Part shown: in pieces, positions 12,830 to 24,800 of the stretch | How positions within the stretch are numbered: the first letter of the stretch is position 1 | Layout of the letters: each line of letters starts with the position of its first letter | NCBI RefSeq assembly: GCF_004010195.1 | Contig: NC_057733.1 | Coordinates: 30,449,938 to 30,513,937 of the forward strand | DNA length: 64,000 nt | Origin: Chiloscyllium plagiosum | Lineage: Eukaryota | Direction of reading: 5' to 3' | The notes under the pieces: generated by a model | What the model was told of the DNA's origin: nothing | Databases searched by the model: none | The model's input: the letters and a program-made list of their open reading frames with translations, nothing else | Translations under genes and position numbers: made by a program

Positions 12830-13400
12830 GGGGAATGCATAGTGGTTTTGTTTCTGGAGTCCTGGGTTCAACTCCCACCTGCTCCCGAGGTATGTAATAA
12901 CATCTCTGCACAGGTTGTTTATAAAGTACCTCCAGAAAGCCAGGTTAATGCTTTGGGGATGTAGGTTAAAATTCTATCAAGGCAAATGGTGAAATTTGAA
13001 TTCAAAATTTTTTAAAAATCTGCAATTAAAAGCGAATCTAATGGTGACCGTAAACCCATTGTGAATTGTTGTATAAACCCTTTAGGTATGAGCTCCTTTT
13101 AAGGAAGGAAAAATCTGCCCTCTACATATGGTTTGGTCGACATATGGATCCACACATAGTAAAGTGGTTGACTCTTAAGTGCCCTCTGACATTGCCTAGG
13201 AAACTATTAAATTGATGTCCCTTCAGTATTGCTGGATCAAAATTCTGGAACTCCCATCCTAAAAAGCTCTGTGGATGCATTCAACTCCCATGGACTGTAG
13301 CAGTTAAGGTGGCACCACCATCTTCTCAAGGTCAATTGGGGATGGGTAATAAATACTGGCCCAGCCAGTAATATCCAAACACTGTGAATAAATAAAAGAA
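12830..13400 (+). mobile_element. Cluster of old SINE and LINE-tail fragments
   Basis: tRNA-like head (CCTGGGTTCAACTCCC) and tail CACCATCTTCTCAAGG...GGGATGGGTAATAAATACTGGCC, also seen at 57575/58170 and near 480-650. Confidence 0.5.
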
Positions 13401-14399
13401 AGTGTTGTTTGGACTGCTTTGATTTTGGCTCTGCATTGAAATTTTCAGGGGATATTTGGACTCCTATGATTGGTGTAAACATCTTCAAATAACAAGAGTA
13501 TTGAGCATTACAATCATGGGCATCTGCTTCTCTCAGCTTTTGTTTTTCCAGAGATGCCCAATTCGCTCATGCTGCATGTCAACAGTGATGTTTCTGTCCC
13601 AAGAGGAAAGCTGTACTACTCTTTACATTTGATTATGCCAAGTTTATGCTGTTTGCACAAGGCATCATAAGGAGTAAAACAGCCACCCATCCACACTTAT
13701 AAAGCAAATAATGGCCCAAGGCAGTGAGTTCTTCACCAGTTAGATGTTTTCACCCCTCAGGCTGCAGTGGGAGATCTAGTGTAGATGTGGTAGCCAGTAT
13801 ACTGATGAGAAGTTGGCATCCTGGTTTTCCTGTGAGCGTATGTGACAATCAGCCTTATTCCTGAGGGAACTGAGAAGCGAGTTGTAGTACTGAACCAGGG
13901 ACTGCCAAAGGCAAACTACCCATTGCCACAGGGCAAGCAAATGCCAGAAATGGGCCTGTCGTAGTGTTTGCACACAATAAGACATGCCAACTTACTGAAA
14001 CCACAAAGCCAAGCAATGCCAGTGCTGTAGGAGACAGGCAGGTATCACTCCCATGTTTGTTTTTAAGTTAATTCACAGGATGTAGGCATTGCTGGCTAAG
14101 CCAGCATTTACTGCGCAGAGGGTAGTTAAGAATTAACCACATTGCTGTAGGTCAGACTAGGTAAGGATGGCAATTTTCTTCTCTAAAGGATATTAGTGAA
14201 CCACTTGCGTTTTACAATAATTGACATGGCTGCTATTAGAATAGCTGTGATTGAATTCAAATTCCACTGCTTGCTGTGGTGGGATTTGAACCTATATCCC
14301 CAGAATGTTAGCGTTGACCTTTAGTTCACTAGTCCAGTGACATAATAACTATACCATTGCCTCTTCCAACTGCCAAGAAGAAGACCAGAAGATTTAAGG

Positions 14400-14818
14400 C
14401 CACCTTGGGTCAGTGTAGCACTCTTGACTCTGAAAGTTAATTGATCAAAGCCCCACTCCCATGACGTAAGATCCTTCAGTGCAGAATGGCAATTCACTGC
14501 AATGCTGAGGCTGTACAGTCTTCCATTTGGCATGTCAGCAGCCTCTCAGGTGGAAACAAAAGATACCATTGGGCTATTTCAAAAGGAATTCTCCTGGGTC
14601 TTCATGCCAATATTTATCCTTCTACTAGTATTACTATAAATCAAATTGTCTGCTGTTTATTTAATTGCTTGTTAGTGGTTTGTGATGTGCGCAAATATGC
14701 TTCAGCATTTCCTTGCACTACAACTGTGACCATATTTCAAAACAGATGCAATTCATTGGCTTTCAGTCACTCTGGAATATCTTGGGGTCATGCAAAATCC
14801 CATTCAAATGCAAGATTT
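14400..14818 (+). mobile_element. DeuSINE-like (SacSINE/AmnSINE-type) element
   Basis: tRNA-like head, then TGTGCGCAAAT...TTTCCT..ACTACAAC.GTGAC...TTCAAAA...TTCATTGGCT...AAATGCAAG, resembling the Deu domain and tail. Confidence 0.55.
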
Positions 14819-15765
14819 TAAAATGAAGTCAAACATGGGAGGAAAATGGCTAAAAGTAATGGAGAAAATAGCTGGGAGGAGGGAGTGCAAGACAGAACCA
14901 CCTGGGGAATCCTGGGATCATTACTTAGTGTAGTTAATGTATTAGGTCTAGCTGGTGCTTGCTTGTAAGAAGAATTTGGAATAGAACATCAAAGAAGCTG
15001 GCAAAGAGAATTTAAAATGCTCACATCAGCTGACTGAAGGAGTTATGCAAATTCTGCGAATCAAGGAAAGGTGGAAACAAAATCTGCTCAAACAAGTGAG
15101 TTAGTTCCTGTGGGATGTGTATGTGGAATTATTCATATAGGTAATGTTTCACTCTTTGTTCAGATTGCTTTTAATCTACATGATTGTCTCACAGAAATAA
15201 TTTTGACTTCTGCAGCTGGTTAGAGTTTCCAGAAACCACATGTTAAAATGGGTTGGAGGATAGCATGCAAGCTGGAATCAGTCTGTGGCAAATATGTTGG
15301 CATGTAAATCTAAACACCATGCACAGGGTGGGTATTTGATGGAGGGCTGGTGAGCGATCCACGTTGCCTCTTTAAGGGAAAACCCATCATATTTCATATC
15401 ACTCAGGCACTTAACTGAACAGCAGTCACCGAGACCAGGGGGTCTTGAGGAGACGGGTGTCCTAGCAACTTGACTAGACAAAGTGCCAACTGGAGAAGTG
15501 GTGGCTGCTGCTGGTACAACACTTACCTCAGGCCTAGGGTCATCCCTAAATCCTCGGCAACAGGTGACTGATGGCAGGAAGACGGTGCTGGGGGAGTTGT
15601 TGATGGGGGCACGGTGGGGGTTTTAGTCTGAGTAGGCCACCCACTTTGTCATGCCATTCCCTTAATCAGATGCTGTGTCTTTAACATCCTCCCCCACCAT
15701 TGGAGTCTGCAAGCAACATCTCACTGGTTTGAACTCACCTGCCACTGGGTTAATATCAGTGGAGG

Positions 15766-16349
15766 ATGAGTGGTGCTGGAAGAGCACAGCAATTCAGGCA
15801 GCATCCGAGGATAGGCAAAATCGACGTTTCGGGCAAAAGCCCTTCATCAGGAATAAAGGCAGAGAGCCTGAAGCGCCGCTCCCTCACCACCAGACGCCTG
15901 GAGGAAGAACGCCTCATCTTCCGCCTCGAAACACTTCAACCCCAGGGCATCAATGTGGATTTCAACAGCTTCCTCATTTCCCCTTCCCCCACCTCATCCT
16001 AGTTTCTAACCTCCAGCAACACGATCCCCTTGACTTGTCTGGACTTGTCCGACCTGCCCAGCTCCTTTTCCACCTATCCACTCCACCCTCTCCTCCCTGA
16101 CCTATCACCTTCATCTCCTCCCCCACTGACCTATTGTACTCTATGCTACTCTATCCCCACCCCCACCCCCACCCTCCTCTAGCTTATCTCTCCACGCTTC
16201 AGGCTCTCTGCCTTTATTCCTGATGAAGGGCTTTTGCCCGAAACGTCGATTTTGCCTGTCCTCGGATGCTGCCTGAATTGCTGTGCTCTTCCAGCACCAC
16301 TCATCCAGAATCTGGTTTCCAGCATCTGCAGTCATTGTTTTTACCTCCC
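15766..16349 (+). mobile_element. Truncated Penelope-like element: inverted pLTR, GIY-YIG endonuclease C-terminus and 3' pLTR
   Basis: About 15875-15990 encodes RSLTTRRLEEERLIFRLETLQPQGINVDF (R..E..I..L.T..P.G.N motif); inverted arms 15766-15873 and 16195-16303; flanked by TAATATCAGTGGAGG. Confidence 0.85.
16220..16247 (+). ncRNA. Minimal type I hammerhead ribozyme motif
   Basis: CUGAUGA-A-GGGC(UUUU)GCCC-GAAA-C-GUC; activity not shown. Confidence 0.65.
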
Positions 16350-16364
16350 TAATATCAGTGGAGG

Positions 16365-16539
16365 TCAGGCAGTATCCGAGGAGCAGGAAAATCAACGTTT
16401 CGGGCAAAAGCCCTTCATCAGAAATTTGCCCGAAACATCGATTTTCCTGCTTCTCAGATGCTGCCTGACCTGCTGTGCTTTTCCAGCACCACTCTAATCT
16501 AGACTCTGATTTCCAGCATCTGCAGTCCTCACTTTTGCC
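16365..16539 (+). mobile_element. Second short Penelope-like pLTR insertion with an inverted 5' part
   Basis: Inverted arms about 16362-16407 and 16425-16471; bounded by TAATATCAGTGGAGG at 16350-16364 and 16540-16554. Confidence 0.8.
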
Positions 16540-16837
16540 TAATATCAGTGGAGGCAGAATGGGCATTAGTTGCTCATTCATGAATTCACAGCAGGATAGA
16601 AAAGTCTTCAATTGGCCTGCCAGCCATAGAAAGGATGGAGGCAGGAAGCCGACGTGATCTCCAATTGTCACCATCCCACCTGATTAAGTGGATTCCCATG
16701 AGTTACCACACTTACCGCTGAATTGATAATGAAGTCCTCCCAAACTTACCAATGGCAATAATTGACAAATACTAAGAAATAATTGCTTTGTTATTTGATA
16801 GTGCCGAACTTGATTATTACAGAAAAAGAAACATATT

Positions 16838-17270
16838 TTTGTCTCGAACTCATCAGGACATTTGCAAAAATACCAATGTAAAGTGGAACAACATTTTACA
16901 CTTAAGGGAAGAGAGTTGTTGACAGACTAGTTGGCCAGTGGACTCTTATTGGTAAAGGCATTGTCATGGAGAATATAATCAGTTGGATGATGACTGACAG
17001 TTAACTGCAAAAGCTTGGCCAATCAAAGTCAACCTACCTGGTTTATATTTAAACAAAGCTTGACATTTAATTGTCAGCCATAATGATACTGGTGCATTCT
17101 CCATGGCAATGCATTTAACAATCAAAATCCACTTGCCAACCAATAAGCACCCCCTACTCATACAGTGTAAAATGTTTGTACATGGGAAAAGTTGCCATAG
17201 GCTGACCAGAGTATAGGCCTGCTCTTTCATTAAAGAGTGGGACGGCAAGACTGAAAGTTTCAACAAAATA
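16838..17270. mobile_element. Degenerate palindromic non-autonomous element
   Basis: Internal imperfect inverted repeat 16940-16974 / 17096-17130; minus-strand CTGATGAG at the left end. Confidence 0.4.
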
Positions 17271-17822
17271 TTTTTATTCATCATCATTCAAATAATTATT
17301 TCTTAAAGTAATCGTAATATTAAATACGATACCATACTTATCAGTGTTCAATTTCTCTTTATGTAATGTCAAATACAAAATGGATTTTTAATATTTCGCT
17401 GAGAAAATTGAGTAAATTAGTTATGTAAAGCAATTATGTGCTCTGGTCAAATGTCCTTCCATTATGCTGAATCTTTTTAGGAGCACATTCACAAGCATAA
17501 TATAATAGAAAGTAGAAGAATTCTTATTCTGCCTTTTAAATAATTACTTTCTTACAGAGACCCTTAGAAAATATTTTATTCTGCCTCAGAACACACAATC
17601 AGAAAGTCTCAGTGGGGTTAATGAACTCTTCACCTTTTAAAATGTAGCACCAGGAAATACATTATAGGTTAACTTTTAAAGAGGAGAGATTTTAATGGCA
17701 CGGATACATAAATCTTTAAACACAAGTAGACATGTTTATAAAACAGTAAACTAAATAGAGACACAGGATACAAAAATAAAGTAATGGACAATCTATATGG
17801 TGGCTTCTCGGCCAAGTGTAGC

Positions 17823-18643
17823 TGTCTCTCAGCCCGGCATGTTTGTCTGTCTCTCAGCCTGGTCTGCAGGTCTGTCTCTCAGCCCGGTGTACCTGTCTCA
17901 GCCCGGTCTGCAGGTCTGTCTCTCAGCCCAGTGTGTCTGTCTCTCAGCCCGGCGTGTCTGTCGATCTGTCTCTCAGCCCAGCGTGTCTGTCGATCTGTCT
18001 CTCAGCCCGGTGTGTCTGTCTCTCAGCCTGGCGTGTCTGTCGATCTGTCTCTCAGCCCGGTGTGTCTATCTGTCTGTCTCTCAGCCCGGCGTGTCTATCT
18101 GTCTGTCTTTCAATCCGGTCTGTCTCTCTGTCTGTCAGCCCGGTCTGTCTGTCTGTCTCTCAGCCCGGCGTGTCTGTCTGTCTGTCTATCTCCCAGCCCG
18201 GTCTGTCTTTTTGTCTGTCAGCCTGGCGTGTCTGTCTGTCTGTCTATCTCCCAGCCCGGTCTGTCTGTCTGTCTATCTCCCAGCCCGGTCTGTCTGTCCG
18301 TCTCTCAGCCCGGTCTGTCTGTCTGTTTCTGATACCCGGTATGTCTGTCTATCTCTCACCCTGGTCTGTCAGTCTGTCTGTCCCTCAGTCCGTCTGTCTC
18401 TCAGCCCAGCACAACTGTCTGTCTCTGTCTCTCAACCCGGTCTGTCTCTCTGTCTCTCAGCCCGGTCTGTCTGTCTGTCTCTCAACCCGGTCTGTCTGTC
18501 TCTCAGCCCAGTCTGTCTCTCAGCCCGGTCTGTCTGTCTGTTTCTCAGCCAATCTCTCTGTCTCTCAGCTCGATCTGTCAGTCTATCTCTTAGCCCAGTG
18601 TGTCTGTCTGTCTCGCAGCCCGGTCTGTCTGTCTGTCTCTCAA
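17823..18643. repeat. Degenerate (TCTG)n / TCTCAGCCCGG minisatellite
   Basis: About 30 copies of (TGTC)n-TCTCAGCCCGG with variable spacing of about 20-40 bp. Confidence 0.95.
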
Positions 18644-18649
18644 CTTGGC

Positions 18650-19003
18650 GTGGCATTGTCTGGTGTGGCCTCAGCGTGACCTCTGGCCTAGAGGTGATTC
18701 CAGAGTGGCCTCATGGCCTTGAGAATCTTGAGGTGAATGTCGTTGCGGTCTGGAGTCAAGGCCAGGGTGGACTGGGTTCGAAAGTCTGGTATTCTGAACT
18801 TATTATTTTTTTATTTCTCCAGTTTATTCCTCAGATCTGTAATACTGGACTTTTTATTTATTAATTGTTCAAATTTTTTTGGTCAGAGTTTCTACTTAAG
18901 AATCTGTACATTTGAACGTAAAATGGTTCTGTATGGCGACACATAAACGTTTCACTATACTCATTTATTTGCATGTGACAATAAAGCTAATTCTAAATTC
19001 TAT
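18650..19003 (+). mobile_element. 3' part of a non-autonomous retroelement attached to the minisatellite
   Basis: Ends TTTCACTATAC...GTGACAATAAAG plus (AATTCTA)2 tail, typical of LINE/SINE 3' ends; interrupts degenerate CR1-like sequence. Confidence 0.5.
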
Positions 19004-20399
19004 TTGCCAATAGTAAGGATACCACAATAAAAATAGTAATTATGACCCATTTTTAGACTATGGACAGGAAGGTAAGTTTAAAAAATAAATTAATCTTGCT
19101 GACACTTGTTGTACTGGTCATTGCAGTCCACCAGAACCAGCACTAACATGTTGTCAATAGGACATCAAAGAATATGAAGGGGGTCAATGTGTCTTTATGG
19201 CAGCTACCAGGATGCCTAAAAATCATGCAGTGCTCAGTACAAATTTTAACATTTTTGTTTTGAATTTCTTGACCGATTTCTAACTGACTGTTTCAGGTTT
19301 TGTGTGTCCTCCTTTAAGAAAGGTTTCAAGGCCAAGAAAAAAGTACAAAAAAGACTTGTAAGGATGATCCCTGGGATGAGAGTCTAGAAAAGCCAGTGCC
19401 TTAATTTACAAAAAGGGAAAATATTAAAAGAATATCAGATGGAGTGGTTTAAATGTCTGAAGCATTTTAATTAAGTACGTTGGGATTTCCACTAATCATT
19501 GAGTGAGTGAAGTTGCACAAATATAGGGCAGTATTGTCATTGCAGAAACAAGTAACGAGGTAGAGGGGATTGGCCACATAGGATTTTGTGTTGGGGATCC
19601 CTGCTCCTAATTAGATGCATTGAGATAGCGGCTCTTTATAGTTCCCACTTCCTCAAATTCCTTCCTCAAATCTTTCCCTAACTAACATCTACATTAAAAT
19701 CTGCTTCTTCAGTTAGGAACTTGTGTTACCTCCTAGTGCCAATTTTTGGTGCCCATTTTCCTTCAGTAGAGAAAATGTTAGTTGTTTTTCTAAAGTCTTA
19801 CAACTCACTGGAAAGGGAGAAGCTGTGCCATTAGCCGAGAAGTAAACCAGAAATGAAAACTGTGCTGACTATAATGCTGGGGACCTGGGTGTTCTGCTTC
19901 AAAGCTATACCGAAGGAGAGAACCTGAATTTTAGGACTAAACTTCAAAAAGCCATCCTCTGTGTTTCTCAAGCCACTATCTATCAAAAGCACATGTGGCA
20001 AATTAATGTAGGGAGGTTGTTAATCAAAACTTTGCATTTATTTATCCACTTAAATCAGAAAAGGAGTGTTAATATCAGGGACAAGTCAAAATTAAGTGTG
20101 TTACTCACTTTATACATGTTTCTTGTAGCATACCACCATGAAACATTGGGAATCCCACATCAATTTGGATGCACATTACCCCACATACTTTTCATGAGGG
20201 TGGTCGCTGACTAAAGGGCGTGAGTCATGGTATCCCTTTGTTGTTAACAAAATGTTTATCAGCAGAATCAGGAACCATTAATGCAAAGCAGTATTTTTCC
20301 TAAGTTCCATCTACACAGTATTTTAGTACTTCCAACAATGTAGATAATTTGGAATACCGCTTATCCATGCTTCTTGCATGTGTATTATCATGTTCTTGC

Positions 20400-21046
20400 A
20401 GTTCGAGTGCAAGCTTCTTCCTTCATGAAGGTCATGAGATTTCACATGAAAAGCTTTGATGTGTTGTCACAAAGCTGGTTTCTTTTTTCTAAAAGCTGTT
20501 CCTTTTCTCAAGGATACAATGTCCTTGGTTTATTTTCAGAGGGGTAATAAACTGCTCTTAGTGCCAATTAGACAGGTTTGGTACAGAGATTAAAGGGTAT
20601 TGAGAGGCCTTTTTGTTTATATGTAAACAGATGAGATTTCAGGCCAAATTGGTCATGGTTTAGAAGTGACCTGGATAATGAAAGGGCAGTGGTCAGCTCT
20701 CCTCTCTCTCTCTTTCTGCCCTTCTAACTTCAACTTGTAAACATCTGTTCTATTTTTTAATCGTGTTTTAAGGGGGTTTGCTTATTGGGACTGTTGTGTG
20801 AATTCGGAACAGCATAATTAATTCTAGTTTGGATAGACTGAGTTCTGTAGGGGTTCTTTATTCTGTTCTTTGTGTTTCATTGTGTAATTTTGTGAATAAA
20901 TTTTTGTCTGTTTTCGAACCTGGTAGTCGACCTGGCTAACTTAATCTGGGTCATTTTCACTGTACACTTACCAAAACAAATTGCAAAGTTATGGTCTGGG
21001 CTGCCTGATTAAGAATGTTTTAAGTGGTCTGGCCTAGTCCATAACA
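20400..21046 (+). mobile_element. Putative solo LTR or non-autonomous element
   Basis: AATAAA followed by ...GGTCTGGCCTAGTCCATAACA end; related to 10700-11491. Confidence 0.45.
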
Positions 21047-21414
21047 ATGTGCATGGCTTCTACCTTGCACACTAGAGAACAACAATGCCGACTGAAAGAT
21101 CTGCATCCTATCCAATTGAAGGCACCTTCTTTGAATGGAAGTACCATAATTTTCTATCTGGGAATATTACTGGCAGCACTTGTTATGATCAGTTATCTGC
21201 TAGTGTTTAGTTTGATATGTATGTATTTTATTTAAAAATGACATGCCAAGCTGCATAAATGACTCAATGAATATTCTAAAAGGTATTATTTTCAGCACTG
21301 CTGCACAGTAACCTGAGACTACTGCTGAACATCAGACAATCATACTCTGCGAATGGAACAGTTTAAACATTTTAATGTCAATGGAAACTGATAGGTGAAA
21401 TCTTAGATTGTAAG

Positions 21415-21820
21415 ACCATAAGAATTAGGAGGAGGAGAATTAAGAGGTGGTCCATTAAGCCTGCTCTACCCATTCAATAAGATTATGGCTGATCAGGTCA
21501 TGGTCTCAATTTCCTGTCTGACCCCATGACCTTTGACTTCCATGTTAATCAAAAATCTGTCCAATTCAACCTCAAATATCTCAAAGCATCAGTGCCCACT
21601 GCTTTCTGTGGAAGGGAATTTCAAAGACTATTCTAGGAAAAAGAATCCTCCTTATCTCCATCTTATTTCTAATCAGTGTTACCTAGTTCTCGATTCCCCC
21701 ATGAGAAGAAGCTTTCTGTCCTGTCAAACCCCCTTAGAACATTACAGTTACACCAGATTCACTTCTCATTCTTCCAAATTGCAAGTAGTAAAAGGCCTTG
21801 CTGAATGTTTCTATATCAAA
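21415..21820 (-). mobile_element. Degenerate CR1-type LINE 3' end
   Basis: ATAAGAATTAGGAG...CATTCAATAAGATTATGGCTGATC pattern shared with 29565, 29790, 35400 and 45760. Confidence 0.6.
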
Positions 21821-24800
21821 TAACCACTTCTTCTATTTTATTTATTCATGGGATCTGGACTCAGGAAGTTTGTTGAAGTTTACATACTGCTTGTTCCTAA
21901 CGGCCCTGGAGAATGTGGAGGTGAGCTGTCTGTTGAGATGAAAGAACACCCATGGTGCTGCTAGGAGTGAAGTTCCAGGATTTTGGCCCATCAACAGCGA
22001 AGTAACAGTGTTCTGAATCAGGATGATGTGTGACCAGCTGGGGAACTGCTGGAGTGGTGTTTCCAAGCATCTGCTGCCATTGTCCTTCTCAGTTGTAGTG
22101 GTCAGAGGTATGGAGATGCTATTGAAGGAGCCTGGGAACTTCCACCACAGGAATCAACCTTGTTTTCTGAGTACTTTTTCACTGGAGATCATGATTATTT
22201 TTAGTTCCTCTCTGCTTTCAGCAAATTGTTTTTCTCCTATTCTTTGGATGATTTTGTGCCTTCTATAGTTTTATTTATGTTATATGTGGATGGGTGTGCA
22301 TGTATACTTATTCAACAATATCTGCCGTTTCCTTTTTATGACCATTATTAATTCCACAGTCTAAACCTCTAATGCACCAGTGCTCACTTTGCTACATCTC
22401 TGATCACTGTAAAGTTAAAGAAGTTATTATTGTCTATTTTTATGTTTCTTGCTAGTTTTCTCTCATGATGTAATAATGAATATAATCATGATTACCACTT
22501 CCACATTAATGTGCATGACCAAAGTGGCAGCAAAACTACAGAATCAGGCTCCTAATTTAGTAAGCAGAGCTGGTTCCAGTGTGATTCTGGAAAACACCTG
22601 CACATTGTAAGATTCCCTTCACTAGAATGTTCTCTTAGAATTTCTTCTGGAGAAAAACGAAGGGCATACTTTAAATTCACTTCAACACTAAACATTCAGT
22701 GTCGTAAACAAGTTGATGTTCTGCCGAGTCTTCCCTAATATTGGAATGTTATCAGATTAAATCTTCTGGTCCTGCAGGTAGTGGGACACAGACTGGAAGG
22801 CAACTTAACTCAGCATGGTGGTGGCATTCCAGAACCCTGCCACCTTCCCAACTCTGCCAGGATGATTTGTGGTTCAACATATTGCCCTGCAATTGAGGCC
22901 CTTAAATGGCCAATTAATGACTGGATAAGGACTCCCAAAAGGTCGATTCCTACCTTGGATGCAATTATCTCAGCTGCAGCTGGGAGAAATAAGAGGCGGC
23001 CTACCTCACTGGTAAACTAGTGTGGACTGTCTGTCAGTTCATGAATGGCAGATGGGGGATGGGCTCCCTTAATCTACAATAAATTATACACAATCACCGG
23101 TATGGACATATGTTGAAGGGGGGGTGTCCTACTAAGATCCATCCCCTCCTGCCTTTGTATCCTTACCACCTTCTTCCCTGTGATCTCTAACACCAGAAAC
23201 ACTTACCCTCATTAAGCAATACCTTCCTGGTTCATCTTGTCATTCCTGGTTTATCTTTCAGTAACAACTGTGGCGTCCTTCATGGCAGTGGCCATTATAT
23301 GAAATGTTTGTCTCTATTGGCTGGCACTTCTCACAAAGCCAAGCTTTCATCCCTGGAGATCAGATTTCAGAGGAAAGCCAGTTGATGCCCTCGAAACTGC
23401 CCTACTGGAAATAAGATACATTGGACTTTGCTCTGAAGTGTCAGCCAGGGTCAGGGAGCTCACCGCTTACTACCTAAGCAGATGGGACACCCAGTGACAA
23501 CAAATAATTCCACCCATTAATTCCAACAATCTAAAATATCAAAATGGAAACTGGAGTTCTAAACACGGCAGTAGCAAATCCACAGCTCCAAGATGCTCAA
23601 AGACTTCCATAGGGATCCACCCCAGACTATTTATACCATTTACAGCATTTGTGGTGCCGAAACATTGCCATATGATCTCAAGCAAGTTCTGAAGTCTGTC
23701 GATTTATTTTTCTGGGGCGCTATTACGAATCTTGATGATTATCACTGTAGTGTGTAGGCGATAATTTTCTAAAGTCACTATTTCAAGCAAAATTGGAAAA
23801 GCAGTCTGAAAGAATAGACTTAAAACTCTCCAAGATTCAAAACTCCACAGAAATGTCCTCTCTATGGTTCCAAGCTATTTTCTATTCTGAAATCATACTT
23901 TGGAATTTTCTAGGTATGGTCATTGTGAGGAAAAGTATTGTTACAGATTGTCCCAGATGGTGTTTAACTAAGCGTTTGAAAAAAGGCCTCATATTATATT
24001 CAGTGTTATTTTATGTTGGAGACCATTCTCATTGTACAGAATTCATTGAATACTTTGGATAGAGCTTAGATCTGGAAAACCATGGTGAGGTATGGGAGTA
24101 ACTTAACTCTGGACCACATCCCCCACCCATACCCCTCTCCCTGTGAGCCCCTCCCAGTGAATCCCTTCCCAGTGAATCCCCCATATTATTTACCTGAGAC
24201 ATGTGTGACCCCCAAACCTGGGATTCCAAAATCCTTCGGGCACCAGGGGTGCTGCTGAGCACAAAAGCTGGCAACCTCTGATTGGCCAGAAGCTCTCAGA
24301 AGACAAGACACTCCGCGACCACAGGTGGTTGATTCCAGGAGAAGACCCAATAGTGGTGTCACCACTGCCTGATTGGCATATGGTCCAATAGAACTTTCCA
24401 AAAAGAGGCACCACGGAACCCCATACTCCCAATGTCACAATAAGATTCTATTCCAAGCACCTGTATCAAATATTCCTGAGTTAGCTGAAACATGGTAAGA
24501 TACAGAATAAAACTTCCCAATGCTCTACTGTAACAAATTAGCCCAGCCTTCCTTTCCTTTCCCTAGTAAGAAGAACCCACACGAAGCTATACCATGGTCT
24601 CTTCACTGAGATTGTTAATAAAGCATTGGTCCCATAGCTAGTAAAATCTTGATTGTTATCAGCCAAACTTTGCACCTTTATGGGTAACAAACACAGACTT
24701 TAATTGCCTCAGCCTGAAATGAATTTGAATCGAGGTCTGAGACGTAAGAGGCCAGTGTATGACACGTTACACCACAGAGTTTTCTCCTGTTTTTCATCTG

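Noticed and set aside
15751-16554. Three identical direct repeats with unique-looking spacers (CRISPR-like)
   Set aside because: Eukaryotic DNA, spacers are long unequal PLE insertions, and the repeats are target-site duplications
17784-18864. Long ORFs of 182-355 aa in all three + frames
   Set aside because: Artefact of the stop-free TCTG minisatellite; low-complexity S/V/C/L translation
22760-24440. GC-richer segments that might be exons or promoters (also 15240-15750)
   Set aside because: No coherent ORF or splice pattern; probably old unclassified repeats that I cannot name
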